Source: Eledone cirrhosa
Lineage: Eukaryota
Direction of reading: 5' to 3'
Length of the DNA stretch: 64,000 nucleotides
Assembly: GCA_964016885.1 (NCBI GenBank)
Contig: OZ024743.1
Coordinates: 333,250,001-333,314,000, forward strand
The notes beneath the pieces are model-generated. The model was not told where the DNA came from and searched no databases. It worked only from the letters and a program-made list of their open reading frames with translations. The position numbers and the translations under genes are program-made. Below are positions 23,874 to 35,800 of the stretch, in pieces. Every line of letters begins with the position of its first letter. The first letter of the stretch is position 1.

Positions 23874-24056
23874 GGATTGGCAGTATCGGTAGAGAGTTGG
23901 ACACCATGCTTTCCAGCATAGAGTTACGTCCCTTTACGGGCCGAGTTCAAATCCCGTCGAGGTTAACTTTGCCTTTCATCCTTACGGGTCAATAAAACAA
24001 AGTAGCAGTAATGTACTGGGTAATTGCTGGCCTTGTGCCAAAAGTAGAAACAATTA
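23874..24056 (+). mobile_element. Family A SINE copy
   Basis: GGATTGGCAGTATCGGTAGAG..GAGTTCAAATCCCGTCGAGGTTAACTTTGCCTTTCATCC..GGCCTTGTGCCAAAAGTAGAAAC. Confidence 0.8.
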
Positions 24057-24105
24057 TTAAATAAAATATTTATTACTATATGCACCATTTTTGATGGGTA
24101 CTATG

Positions 24106-24108
<3 letters not shown>

Positions 24109-24191
<83 letters not shown>
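24109..24191. repeat. (TA)n followed by (GA)n microsatellite
   Basis: About 33 AT units followed by about 8 AG units. Confidence 0.95.
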
Positions 24192-24663
24192 AAATTCACA
24201 AACACAGCTTTGATAAAGATTAATAAGAAACTGAATATTACTTAATCGGTCCATAAAACAATGGATTATACACTTAGAAGACATTAAATTCATAGTTACA
24301 GTTAGAGAAATGAAACAAAATATATTAAATATTCTTTCTCTTGTTTGTCTTTCTCTAAAAATATCTGTGAATTATCAGATTAATTTACACAAATGTCAGT
24401 AACAGACATAGGTATTAATGTATTAAAATGTTAAGAAAGTCCCATACAATTTGTTAGTTGTGTCACAGCTGTGTGAAATATCAGTGATTACACTGATCTA
24501 TATCTGAACAAAGAGGACTGTTGTTGCTCTCTTTCAAAACAAAGGATCAAGCAGAGTTAGAACAGTGAGATGCCAGCAGAGCTGAGATTCAGCGAACCTA
24601 TTTGTAATACAGTTGTATCAATTATTTGATGTGAGCTGAGATTCAGTGGAGGTATTTATAACA

Positions 24664-24986
24664 CAGTCATTAGAATGTCGGAAAGAATGCTTTGCGGTAT
24701 TTGTTCCTGCTCTCCGTTCTCTGAGTTCAAATCCCACGAGGTCAACTTGGCCTTTCATCCTTTCAAGGTCAATAAAAAAAAGTACCAGTCTAGTTCTGAG
24801 GTCGATTTTTCCTCTATATCTCCTTCTCATTTCACCTCTCACTTTCTATCCTTCTCTGGAAGAAATTAGCTGTGCTCAGACCAGGAGAGGGACAGGCTCC
24901 ACTGGGTTTTAAATTCCCAAGAAATGCCGAATACCACTACGGCGCCCCTAAAACTCCATTAGGAGTTACAGGACCACACCATACCA
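24664..24986 (+). mobile_element. Family A SINE with extended 3' segment (second composite copy)
   Basis: Colinear with 21775-22095. Confidence 0.75.
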
Positions 24987-25029
24987 TATCAATTAGTTGA
25001 TATGCTGACATTTAGTGGAACTATTTATA

Positions 25030-25247
25030 ATGGTTTCTTATATAGCCACAAGGCCAGCAATTTTGGGGGAGGGGAAAGTTGATTAAATCGACCCCAGTGC
25101 GTGACTGGTACTTTATTTTAGCGATCCCGTGAGGATGAATGGCAAAGTTAACCTCGGTGGGATTTGAACTCAGATCATAAAGGGCCGTAACTCTATGCTG
25201 CAAAGCATGGCGTCCAACCCTCTACCGATACTACCAATCCACCACCC
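25030..25247 (-). mobile_element. Family A SINE, near full length
   Basis: Reverse complement of 15890-16092 and 23874-24056. Flanked by TTAGTGGA(A/G)CTATTTATAAT direct repeats at 25012-25031 and 25248-25267. Confidence 0.8.
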
Positions 25248-25914
25248 TTAGTGGAGCTATTTATAATAGTCATATCAATTATTTGATATGAGTTGAGATT
25301 TAGTGGAGGTATTTATAAGTCTAAAGTCTCATTAGGCTGGTGTTTATTCTGGTTTCCTTGGTGTTATACACCTGGGAGTACAAGGCCCCCCCCCCCCCCC
25401 CCCGGTTAGTGGAAGATAGGTGGTGAAAAGTAATATCCCACACAAAATGTAGTTGTAATGTTTATTTTGGGAGGTAATATGAGGAAGAAGTTATAATCAG
25501 TTGGTTAGTGGAAGTTAGGTGGTGAAAGGTAGTATCCCACACTAAATGTTTGGTTTTTGATAAAATCACTATTTTCTCTCCTAGCTGCAAGTTGGTTTGC
25601 ATTTTTATGGCAGTTAACATTACTACTGCTTGTTGAACGAACAGATTCACATATAGATACACACACAAAGACACATTCGCAAATATAGACACACACACAA
25701 TTAAAACTTTCTACCTTTCTTCTATTGCCATGAAATGTTTATTATGGGAGATTTAATCCTTTTATTACCATATACTTCTAGTGAAAGACATTGCCTGTGA
25801 TTTTCAAATAATTTGGAAAAATAATTTATTTGGACGAATTTAGTAACATAATTAAATTTCCTTTTAATAAGTTGGTGTTTGAAAGGTAACTTAAAAGTTC
25901 TCATATAAAATTAT

Positions 25915-26012
25915 AATTGTTTTTACTTTTGGCACAAGGCCAGCAATTATCCCAGTGTATTACTGGTACTTTATTTTATCGACCCCGTAAGGATGAAAGG
26001 CAAAGTTAACCT
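25915..26012 (-). mobile_element. Family A SINE, 5'-truncated
   Basis: TTTTGGCACAAGGCCAGC..TGGTACTTTATTTTATCGACCCCGTAAGGATGAAAGGCAAAGTTAACCT. Flanked by TATAAAATTATAAT repeats at ~25905 and ~26015. Confidence 0.75.
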
Positions 26013-26074
26013 TGTATAAAATTATAATGGAAGGTTTTTAGATAAATATAAATACCAAAGCAATTTTGTATTGT

Positions 26075-26176
26075 GACGAGCGAGGCACAGTCACCCGACC
26101 AATCTTGCCTCAAGTGGACAACTACCATCTAACCCATGCTAGCGTGGAAGATAGACGTTAAACGATGATGATGATG
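26075..26176 (+). mobile_element. RTE-type LINE/SINE 3' end with (GAT)n tail
   Basis: CCATCTAACCCATGCTAGCGTGGAAGATAGACGTTAAACGATGATGATGATG resembles the tail of the RTE fragment at 22330-22385. Confidence 0.6.
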
Positions 26177-26808
26177 AACCAGGGATAGTTTCAGACAGTT
26201 TAGTATCAAAAGGGTTGATGTTATTGATGGAATCCATTTTTTTAACTCATGTTTTTCTTTTTAAATAAAACCTAGTTCAAACCAATTATGGTTCCCATTA
26301 ATAAGAAAAAAAAAAGTTAAAATGTGAATCAACTAAAGAAACTTCTATTCTCAGGTCCCAAACAAAAGGGTGGGGTGGGGAAATCGGTAATTTTTCTACG
26401 TTGTCTCTGTTGATTTAAAAATAAAAATCAGTTGTTTAATTTACATAGAGACCCCAATATTTTATAACATGGAATTTCAAGTTCTGATGAAAGACTAGTG
26501 TCTAAAATGTAATAAACTCTTTTCCTAAGCGTTAAACTAATATATTTCTTCGTTGGACTGTGTTGTTTGCTATGTTGCTTCCATTTACTTTTTGCATGCA
26601 TACACACACACACATATATATATATGCAGAGACAGGTGATAGTGAGAGAGAGGAGGGATAAAGAAATCATGTTGAATGAATGGAAACATTTAGAACATTC
26701 ACCACCGCCCATTTGTTTTAAATTTGTGTTCTATGGATTTTAAATACAATGTTATAAAGTTTTCGAAAGACAGACAAAAAGACTGTGAAGTTATAATATT
26801 GTCTCTTG

Positions 26809-29800
26809 GCGTCTAGGTATTTAGTGTCCTAGGTCAGCATCTGGGTATTTAGTGTCCTAGGTCAGCATCTAGGTATTTAGTGTCCTAGGTCAGCATCTGG
26901 GTATTTAGTGTCCTAGGTCAGCATCTAGGTATTTAGTGTCCTAGGTCAGCATCTAGGTATTTAGTGTCCTAGGTCAGCATCTAGGTATTTAGTGTCCTAG
27001 GTCAGCATCTGGGTATTTAGTGTCCTAGGTCAGCATCTAGGTATTTAGTGTCCTAGGTCAGCATCTAGGTATTTAGTGTCCTAGGTCAGCATCTAGGTAT
27101 TTAGTGTCCTAGGTCAGCATCTGGGTATTTAGTGTCCTAGGTCAGCGTCTGAGTATTTAGTGTCTTAGCTCAGCGTCTGAGTATTTAGTGTCCTAGGTCA
27201 GCATCTAGGTATTTAGTGTCCTAGGTCAGCATCTGGGTATTTAGTGTCCTAGGTCAGCGTCTGGGTATTTAGTATCCTAGGTCAGCGTCTGGGTATTTAG
27301 TGTCCTAGGTCAGCGTCTGAGTATTTAGTGTCTTAGGTCAGCGTCTGGGTATTTAGTGTCCTAAGTCAGCATCTGGGTATTTAGTGTCCTAGGTCAGCGT
27401 CTAGGTATTTAGTGTCCTAGGTCAGCGTCTGGGTATTTAGTGTCCTAGGTCAGCGTCTGAGTATTTAGTGTCTTAGGTCAGCATCTGGGTATTTAGTGTC
27501 CTAAGTCAGCATCTGGGTATTTAGTGTCCTAAGTCAGCATCTGGGTATTTAGTGTCCTAGGTCAGCATCTAGGTATTTAGTGTCCTAGGTCAGCGTCTGG
27601 GTATTTAGTGTCCTAGGTCAGCGTCTGAGTATTTAGTGTCTTAGGTCAGCATCTGGGTATTTAGTGTCCTAAGTTAGCATCTGGGTATTTAGTGTCCTAG
27701 GTCAGCATCTGGGTATTTAGTGTCTTAGGTCAGCATCTGGGTATTTAGTGTCCTAGGTCAGCATCTAGGTATTTAGTGTCCTAGGTCAGCATCTAGGTAT
27801 TTAGTGTCCTAGGTCAGCATCTAGGTATTTAGTGTCCTAGGTCAGCATCTAGGTATTTAGTGTCCTAGGTCAGCATCCAGGTATTTAGTGTCCTAGGTCA
27901 GCATCTGGGTATTTAGTGTCTTAGGCCAGCGTCTAGGTATTTAGTGTCCTAGGTCAGCATCTGGGTATTTAGTGTCCTAGGTCAGCGTCTGGGTATTTAG
28001 TATCCTAGGTCAGCGTCTGGGTATTTAGTGTCCTAGGTCAGCGTCTGAGTATTTAGTGTCTTAGCTCAGCGTCTGAGTATTTAGTGTCTTAGCTCAGCGT
28101 CTGAGTATTTAGTGTCCTAGGTCAGCGTCTGGGTATTTAGTATCCTAGGTCAGCGTCTGGGTATTTAGTGTCCTAGGTCAGCGTCTGAGTATTTAGTGTC
28201 TTAGGTCAGCGTCTGGGTATTTAGTGTCCTAAGTCAGCATCTGGGTATTTAGTGTCCTAGGTCAGCGTCTAGGTATTTAGTGTCCTAGGTCAGCGTCTGG
28301 GTATTTAGTGTCCTAGGTCAGCGTCTGAGTATTTAGTGTCTTAGGTCAGCATCTGGGTATTTAGTGTCCTAAGTCAGCATCTGGGTATTTAGTGTCCTAA
28401 GTCAGCATCTGGGTATTTAGTGTCCTAGGTCAGCGTCTGAGTATTTAGTGTCTTAGGTCAGCATCTGGGTATTTAGTGTCCTAAGTTAGCATCTGGGTAT
28501 TTAGTGTCCTAGGTCAGCATCTGGGTATTTAGTGTCTTAGGTCAGCGTCTGGGTATTTAGTGTCGTAAGTCAGCATCTGGGTATTTAGTGTCCTAGGTCA
28601 GCGTCTAGGTATTTAGTGTCCTAAGTCAGCATCTGAGTATTTAGTGTCTTAGGTCAGCATCTGAGTATTTAGTGTCTTAGGTCAGCGTCTGGGTATTTAG
28701 TGTCCTAAGTCAGCATCTGGGTATTTAGTGTCTTAGGTCAGCGTCTAGGTATTTAGTGTCCTAAGTCAGCATCTGAGTATTTAGTGTCTTAGGTCAGCGT
28801 CTAGGTATTTAGTGTCCTAAGTCAGCATCTGGGTATTTAGTGTCCTAGGTCAGCATCTGGGTATTTAGTGTCCTAGGTCAGCATCCAGGTATTTAGTGCC
28901 CTAGGTCAGCATCTGGGTATTTAGTGTCCTAGGTCAGCATCCAGGTATTTAGTGCCCTAGGTCAGCGTCTAGGTATTTAGTGTCCTAGGTCAGCATCTGG
29001 GTATTTAGTGTCCTAGGTCAGCATCTGGGTATTTAGTGTCCTAGGTCAGCATCTAGGTATTTAGTGTCCTAGGTCAGCATCTAGGTATTTAGTGTCCTAG
29101 GTCAGCATCTGGGTATTTAGTGTCCTAGGTCAGCATCTGGGTATTTAGTGTCCTAGGTCAGCATCTAGGTATTTAGTGTCCTAGGTCAGCATCTAGGTAT
29201 TTAGTGTCCTAGGTCAGCATCTGGGTATTTAGTGTCCTAGGTCAGCATCTGGGTATTTAGTGTCCTAGGTCAGCATCTGGGTATTTAGTGTCCTAGGTCA
29301 GCATCCAGGTATTTAGTGTCCTAGGTCAGCATCTAGGTATTTAGTGTCCTAGGTCAGCATCTGGGTATTTAGTGTCCTAGGCCAGCATCTGGGTATTTAG
29401 TGTCCTAGGTCAGCGTCTGGGTATTTAGTGTCCTAGGTCAGCGTCTGGGTATTTAGTGTCCTAGGTCAGCATCTGGGTATTTAGTGTCCTAGGTCAGCGT
29501 CTGGGTATTTAGTGTCCTAGGTCAGCGTCTGGGTATTTAGTGTCCTAGGTCAGCATCTGGGTATTTAGTGTCCTAGGTCAGCATCTGGGTATTTAGTGTC
29601 CTAGGTCAGCGTCTGAGTATTTAGTGTCCTAGGTCAGCGTCTGAGTATTTAGTGTCTTAGCTCAGCGTCTGAGTATTTAGTGTCCTAGGTCAGCATCTGG
29701 GTATTTAGTATCCTAGGTCAGCGTCTGGGTATTTAGTGTCCTAAGTCAGCATCTGGGTATTTAGTGTCCTAGGTCAGCGTCTAGGTATTTAGTGTCCTAG

Positions 29801-32800
29801 GTCAGCGTCTGGGTATTTAGTGTCCTAGGTCAGCGTCTGAGTATTTAGTGTCTTAGGTCAGCATCTGGGTATTTAGTGTCCTAGGTCAGCGTCTAGGTAT
29901 TTAGTGTCCTAGGTCAGCGTCTGAGTATTTAGTGTCCTAGGTCAGCGTCTGAGTATTTAGTGTCCTAGGTCAGCGTCTGAGTATTTAGTGTCCTAGGTCA
30001 GCGTCTGAGTATTTAGTGTCTTAGGTCAGCATCTGAGTATTTAGTGTCTTAGGTCAGCGTCTAGGTATTTAGTGTCGTAAGTCAGCATCTGGGTATTTAG
30101 TGTCCTAGGTCAGCGTCTAGGTATTTAGTGTCCTAAGTCAGCATCTGAGTATTTAGTGTCTTAGGTTAGTATCTGGGTATTTAGTGTCCTAGGTCAGCGT
30201 CTAGGTATTTAGTGTCCTAGATCAGCATCTGGGTATTTAGTGTCCTAGGTCAGCATCTGGGTATTTAGTGTCCTAGGTCAGCATCCAGGTATTTAGTGCC
30301 CTAGGTCAGCGTCTAGGTATTTAGTGTCCTAGGTCAGCATCTGGGTATTTAGTGTCCTAGGTCAGCATCTGGGTATTTAGTGTCCTAGGTCAGCATCTAG
30401 GTATTTAGTGTCCTAGGTCAGCATCTGGGTATTTAGTGTCCTAGGTCAGCGTCTGGGTATTTAGTGTCCTAGGTCAGCATCTGGGTATTTAGTGTCCTAG
30501 GTCAGCATCCAGGTATTTAGTGTCCTAGGTCAGCATCTAGGTATTTAGTGTCCTAGCTCAGCATCTGGGTATTTAGTGTCCTAGGTCAGCATCTGGGTAT
30601 TTAGTGTCCTAGGTCAGCATCCAGGTATTTAGTGTCCTAGGTCAGCGTCTAGGTATTTAGTGTCCTAGGTCAGCATCTGGGTATTTAGTGTCCTAGGTCA
30701 GCATCTGGGTATTTAGTGTCCTAGGTCAGCATCTGGGTATTTAGTGTCTTAGGTCAGCGTCTGGGTATTTAGCGTCCTAAGTCAGCATCTGGGTATTTAG
30801 TGTCCTAGGTCAGCGTCTGAGTATTTAGTGTCTTAGGTCAGCATCTGGGTATTTAGTGTCCTAGGTCAGCGTCTAGGTATTTAGTGTCCTAGGTCAGCAT
30901 CTGGGTATTTAGTGTCCTAGGTCAGCATCTGGGTATTTAGTGTCCTAGGTCAGCATCTAGGTATTTAGTGTCCTAGGTCAGCATCTGGGTATTTAGTGTC
31001 CTAGGTCAGCGTCTGGGTATTTAGTGTCCTAGGTCAGCATCTGGGTATTTAGTGTCCTAGGTCAGCATCCAGGTATTTAGTGTCCTAGGTCAGCGTCCAG
31101 GTATTTAGTGTCCTAGGTCAGCGTCTAGGTATTTAGTGTCCTAGGTCAGCATCTGGGTATTTAGTGTCCTAGGTCAGCATCTGGGTATTTAGTGTCCTAG
31201 GTCAGCGTCTGGGTATTTAGTGTCCTAGGTCAGCGTCTGGGTATTTAGTGTCCTAGGTCAGCGTCTGAGTATTTAGTGTCCTAGGTCAGCATCTGGGTAT
31301 TTAGTGTCCTAGGTCAGCATCCAGGTATTTAGTGCCCTAGGTCAGCGTCTAGGTATTTAGTGTCCTAGGTCAGCATCTGGGTATTTAGTGTCCTAGGTCA
31401 GCATCTGGGTATTTAGTGTCCTAGGTCAGCATCTGGGTATTTAGTGTCCTAGGTCAGCGTCTGGGTATTTAGTGCCCTAGGTCAGCGTCTAGGTATTTAG
31501 TGTCCTAGGTCAGCATCTGGGTATTTAGTGTCCTAGGTCAGCATCTGGGTATTTAGTGTCCTAGGTCAGCATCCAGGTATTTAGTGCCCTAGGTCAGCGT
31601 CTAGGTATTTAGTGTCCTAGGTCAGCATCTGGGTATTTAGTGTCCTAGGTCAGCATCTGGGTATTTAGTGTCCTAGGTCAGCATCTGGGTATTTAGTGTC
31701 CTAGGTCAGCATCTAGGTATTTAGTGTCCTAGGTCAGCATCTGGGTATTTAGTGTCCTAGGTCAGCGTCTGGGTATTTAGTGTCCTAGGTCAGCATCTGG
31801 GTATTTAGTGTCCTAGGTCAGCATCCAGGTATTTAGTGTCCTAGGTCAGCATCTAGGTATTTAGTGTCCTAGGTCAGCATCTGGGTATTTAGTGTCCTAG
31901 GCCAGCATCTAGGTATTTAGTGTCTTAGGTCAGCGTCTAGGTATTTAGTATCCTAGGTCAGCATCTAGGTATTTAGTGTCCTAGGTCAGCATCTAGGTAT
32001 TTAGTGTCCTAGGTCAGCGTCTGGGTATTTAGTGTCCTAGGTCAGCGTCTGAGTATTTAGTGTCCTAGGTCAGCATCTAGGTATTTAGTGTCCTAGGTCA
32101 GCATCTGGGTATTTAGTGTCCTAGGTCAGCATCTAGGTATTTAGTGTCCTAGGTCAGCATCTGGGTATTTAGTGTCTTAGGTCAGCGTCTGAGTATTTAG
32201 TGTCCTAGGTCAGCATCTAGGTATTTAGTGTCCTAGGTCAGCATCTGGGTATTTAGTGTCCTAGGTCAGCATCTAGGTATTTAGTGTCCTAGGTCAGCAT
32301 CTGGGTATTTAGTGTCCTAGGTCAACGTCTGGGTATTTAGTGTCCTAGGTCAGCGTCTGGGTATTTAGTGTCCTAGGTCAGCGTCTGAGTATTTAGTGTC
32401 CTAGGTCAGCATCTGGGTATTTAGTGTCCTAGGTCAGCGTCTGGGTATTTAGTGTCCTAGGTCAGCGTCTGGGTATTTAGTGTCCTAGGTCAGCATCTGG
32501 GTATTTAGTGTCTTAGGTCAGCGTCTGAGTATTTAGTGTCCTAGGTCAGCATCCAGGTATTTAGTGTCTTAGGTCAGCGTCTGAGTATTTAGTGTCCTAG
32601 GTCAGCATCTGGGTATTTAGTGTCTTAGGTCAGCATCTGGGTATTTAGTGTCTTAGGTCAGCATCTGGGTATTTAGTGTCCTAGGTCAGCATCTGGGTAT
32701 TTAGTGTCTTAGGTCAGCGTCTGAGTATTTAGTGTCCTAGGTCAGCATCTAGGTATTTAGTGTCCTAGGTCAGCATCTGGGTATTTAGTGTCCTAGGTCA

Positions 32801-35800
32801 GCATCTGGGTATTTAGTGTCCTAGGTCAGCATCCAGGTATTTAGTGTCCTAGGTCAGCATCTGGGTATTTAGTGTCCTAGGTCAGCGTCTGGGTATTTAG
32901 TGTCCTAGGTCAGCGTCTGGGTATTTAGTGTCCTAGGTCAGCGTCTGGGTATTTAGTGTCCTAGGTCAGCGTCTGAGTATTTAGTGTCCTAGGTCAGCGT
33001 CTGAGTATTTAGTGTCTTAGCTCAGCGTCTGAGTATTTAGTGTCCTAGGTCAGCATCTGGGTATTTAGTATCCTAGGTCAGCGTCTGGGTATTTAGTGTC
33101 CTAAGTCAGCATCTGGGTATTTAGTGTCCTAGGTCAGCGTCTAGGTATTTAGTGTCCTAGGTCAGCGTCTGGGTATTTAGTGTCCTAGGTCAGCGTCTGA
33201 GTATTTAGTGTCTTAGGTCAGCATCTGGGTATTTAGTGTCCTAGGTCAGCGTCTAGGTATTTAGTGTCCTAGGTCAGCGTCTGAGTATTTAGTGTCCTAG
33301 GTCAGCGTCTGAGTATTTAGTGTCCTAGGTCAGCGTCTGAGTATTTAGTGTCTTAGGTCAGCATCTGAGTATTTAGTGTCTTAGGTCAGCGTCTGGGTAT
33401 TTAGTGTCGTAAGTCAGCATCTGGGTATTTAGTGTCCTAGGTCAGCGTCTAGGTATTTAGTGTCCTAAGTCAGCATCTGAGTATTTAGTGTCTTAGGTTA
33501 GCATCTGGGTATTTAGTGTCCTAGGTCAGCATCTGGGTATTTAGTGTCCTAGGTCAGCATCCAGGTATTTAGTGCCCTAGGTCAGCGTCTAGGTATTTAG
33601 TGTCCTAGGTCAGCATCTGGGTATTTAGTGTCCTAGGTCAGCATCTGGGTATTTAGTGTCCTAGGTCAGCATCTAGGTATTTAGTGTCCTAGGTCAGCAT
33701 CTGGGTATTTAGTGTCCTAGGTCAGCGTCTGGGTATTTAGTGTCCTAGGTCAGCATCTGGGTATTTAGTGTCCTAGGTCAGCATCCAGGTATTTAGTGTC
33801 CTAGGTCAGCATCTAGGTATTTAGTGTCCTAGCTCAGCATCTGGGTATTTAGTGTCCTAGGTCAGCATCTGGGTATTTAGTGTCCTAGGTCAGCATCCAG
33901 GTATTTAGTGTCCTAGGTCAGCGTCTAGGTATTTAGTGTCCTCGGTCAGCATCTGGGTATTTAGTGTCCTAGGTCAGCATCTAGGTATTTAGTGTCTTAG
34001 GTCAGCGTCTGGGTATTTAGCGTCCTAAGTCAGCATCTGGGTATTTAGTGTCCTAGGTCAGCGTCTGGGTATTTAGTGTCCTAGGTCAGCGTCTGAGTAT
34101 TTAGTGTCTTAGGTCAGCATCTGGGTATTTAGTGTCCTAGGTCAGCGTCTGGGTATTTAGTGTCCTAGGTCAGCGTCTGAGTATTTAGTGTCCTAGGTCA
34201 GCATCTGGGTATTTAGTGTCCTAGGTCAGCATCTGGGTATTTAGTGTCCTAGGTCAGCATCCAGGTATTTAGTGTCCTAGGTCAGCGTCTAGGTATTTAG
34301 TGTCCTAGGTCAGCATCTGGGTATTTAGTGTCCTAGGTCAGCATCTGGGTATTTAGTGTCCTAGGTCAGCATCTAGGTATTTAGTGTCCTAGGTCAGCAT
34401 CTGGGTATTTAGTGTCCTAGGTCAGCGTCTGGGTATTTAGTGTCCTAGGTCAGCATCTGGGTATTTAGTGTCCTAGGTCAGCATCCAGGTATTTAGTGTC
34501 CTAGGTCAGCGTCCAGGTATTTAGTGTCCTAGGTCAGCGTCTAGGTATTTAGTGTCCTAGGTCAGCATCTGGGTATTTAGTGTCCTAGGTCAGCGTCTGG
34601 GTATTTAGTGTCCTAGGTCAGCGTCTGGGTATTTAGTGTCCTAGGTCAGCGTCTGGGTATTTAGTGTCCTAGGTCAGCGTCTGAGTATTTAGTGTCCTAG
34701 GTCAGCGTCTGAGTATTTAGTGTCTTAGCTCAGCATCTGGGTATTTAGTGTCCTAGGTCAGCATCTGGGTATTTAGTGTCTTAGGCCAGCGTCTAGGTAT
34801 TTAGTGTCTTAGGTCAGCGTCTGAGTATTTAGTGTCCTAGGTCAGCATCTGGGTATTTAGTGTCCTAGGTCAGCATCTGGGTATTTAGTGTCCTAGGTCA
34901 GCGTCGAGGTATTTAGTGTCCTAGGTCAGCATCTGGGTATTTAGTGTCCTAGGTCAGCATCCAGGTATTTAGTGTCCTAGGTCAGCGTCGAGGTATTTAG
35001 TGTCCTCGGTCAGCATCTGGGTATTTAGTGTCCTAGGTCAGCATCTGGGTATTTAGTGTCCTAGGTCAGCATCTAGGTATTTAGTGTCCTAGGTCAGCGT
35101 CTAGGTATTTAGTGTCCTAGGTCAGCGTCTAGGTATTTAGTGTCCTAGGTCAGCATCTGGGTATTTAGTGTCCTAGGTCAGCGTCTAGGTATTTAGTGTC
35201 CTAGGTCAGCATCTGGGTATTTAGTGTCCTAGGTCAGCATCTGGGTATTTAGTGTCCTAGGTCAGCATCTGGGTATTTAGTGTCCTAGGTCAGCGTCAAG
35301 GTATTTAGTATCCTAGGTCAGCATCTGGGTATTTAGTGTCCTAGGTCAGCGTCTAGGTATTTAGTGTCCTAGGTCAGCATCTGGGTATTTAGTGTCCTAG
35401 GTCAGCATCTGGGTATTTAGTGTCCTAGGTCAGCATCTGAGTATTTAGTGTCCTAGGTCAGCATCTGGGTATTTAGTGTCCTAAGTCAGCATCCAGGTAT
35501 TTAGTGTCCTAGGTCAGCATCCAGGTATTTAGTGTCCTAGGTCAGCATCTGGGTATTTAGTGTCCTAGGTCAGCATCTGGGTATTTAGTGTCCTAAGTCA
35601 GCGTCTAGGTATTTAGTGTCCTAAGTCAGCGTCTGAGTATTTAGTGTCTTAGGTTAGCATCTGGGTATTTAGTGTCCTAGGTCAGCATCTAGGTATTTAG
35701 TGTCCTAGGCCAGCATCTGGGTATTTAGTGTCCTAGGTCAGTGTCTCGGTTTTGTGTCCTAGTCAGCGTCTAGGTATTTAGTGTCTGTCCTAGGTCAGCA

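Noticed and set aside
25404-25550. ~47-bp duplication (25404-25450 and 25503-25549) next to a poly-C tract
   Set aside because: The duplication is real but is an ordinary local event with no evidence of function.
17202-25904. Remaining short ORFs in the track
   Set aside because: They overlap SINEs, LINE antisense strands, microsatellites or AT-rich intron and UTR sequence. Only 22349..22546 reflects real, dead RTE coding sequence.
26343-26406. Possible exon ending ..WDLRIE before GTTTCT as the upstream SELENOM exon
   Set aside because: The donor is weak and there is no similarity beyond RIE. It cannot be excluded without cDNA.
26428-26712. ORF with MISLSLLSLTITCLC as SELENOM signal-peptide exon
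   Set aside because: The hydrophobicity comes from CT/TA/TG microsatellites, there is no SelM-like A(R/K)(V/I)E ending, and no strong phase-0 donor was found.
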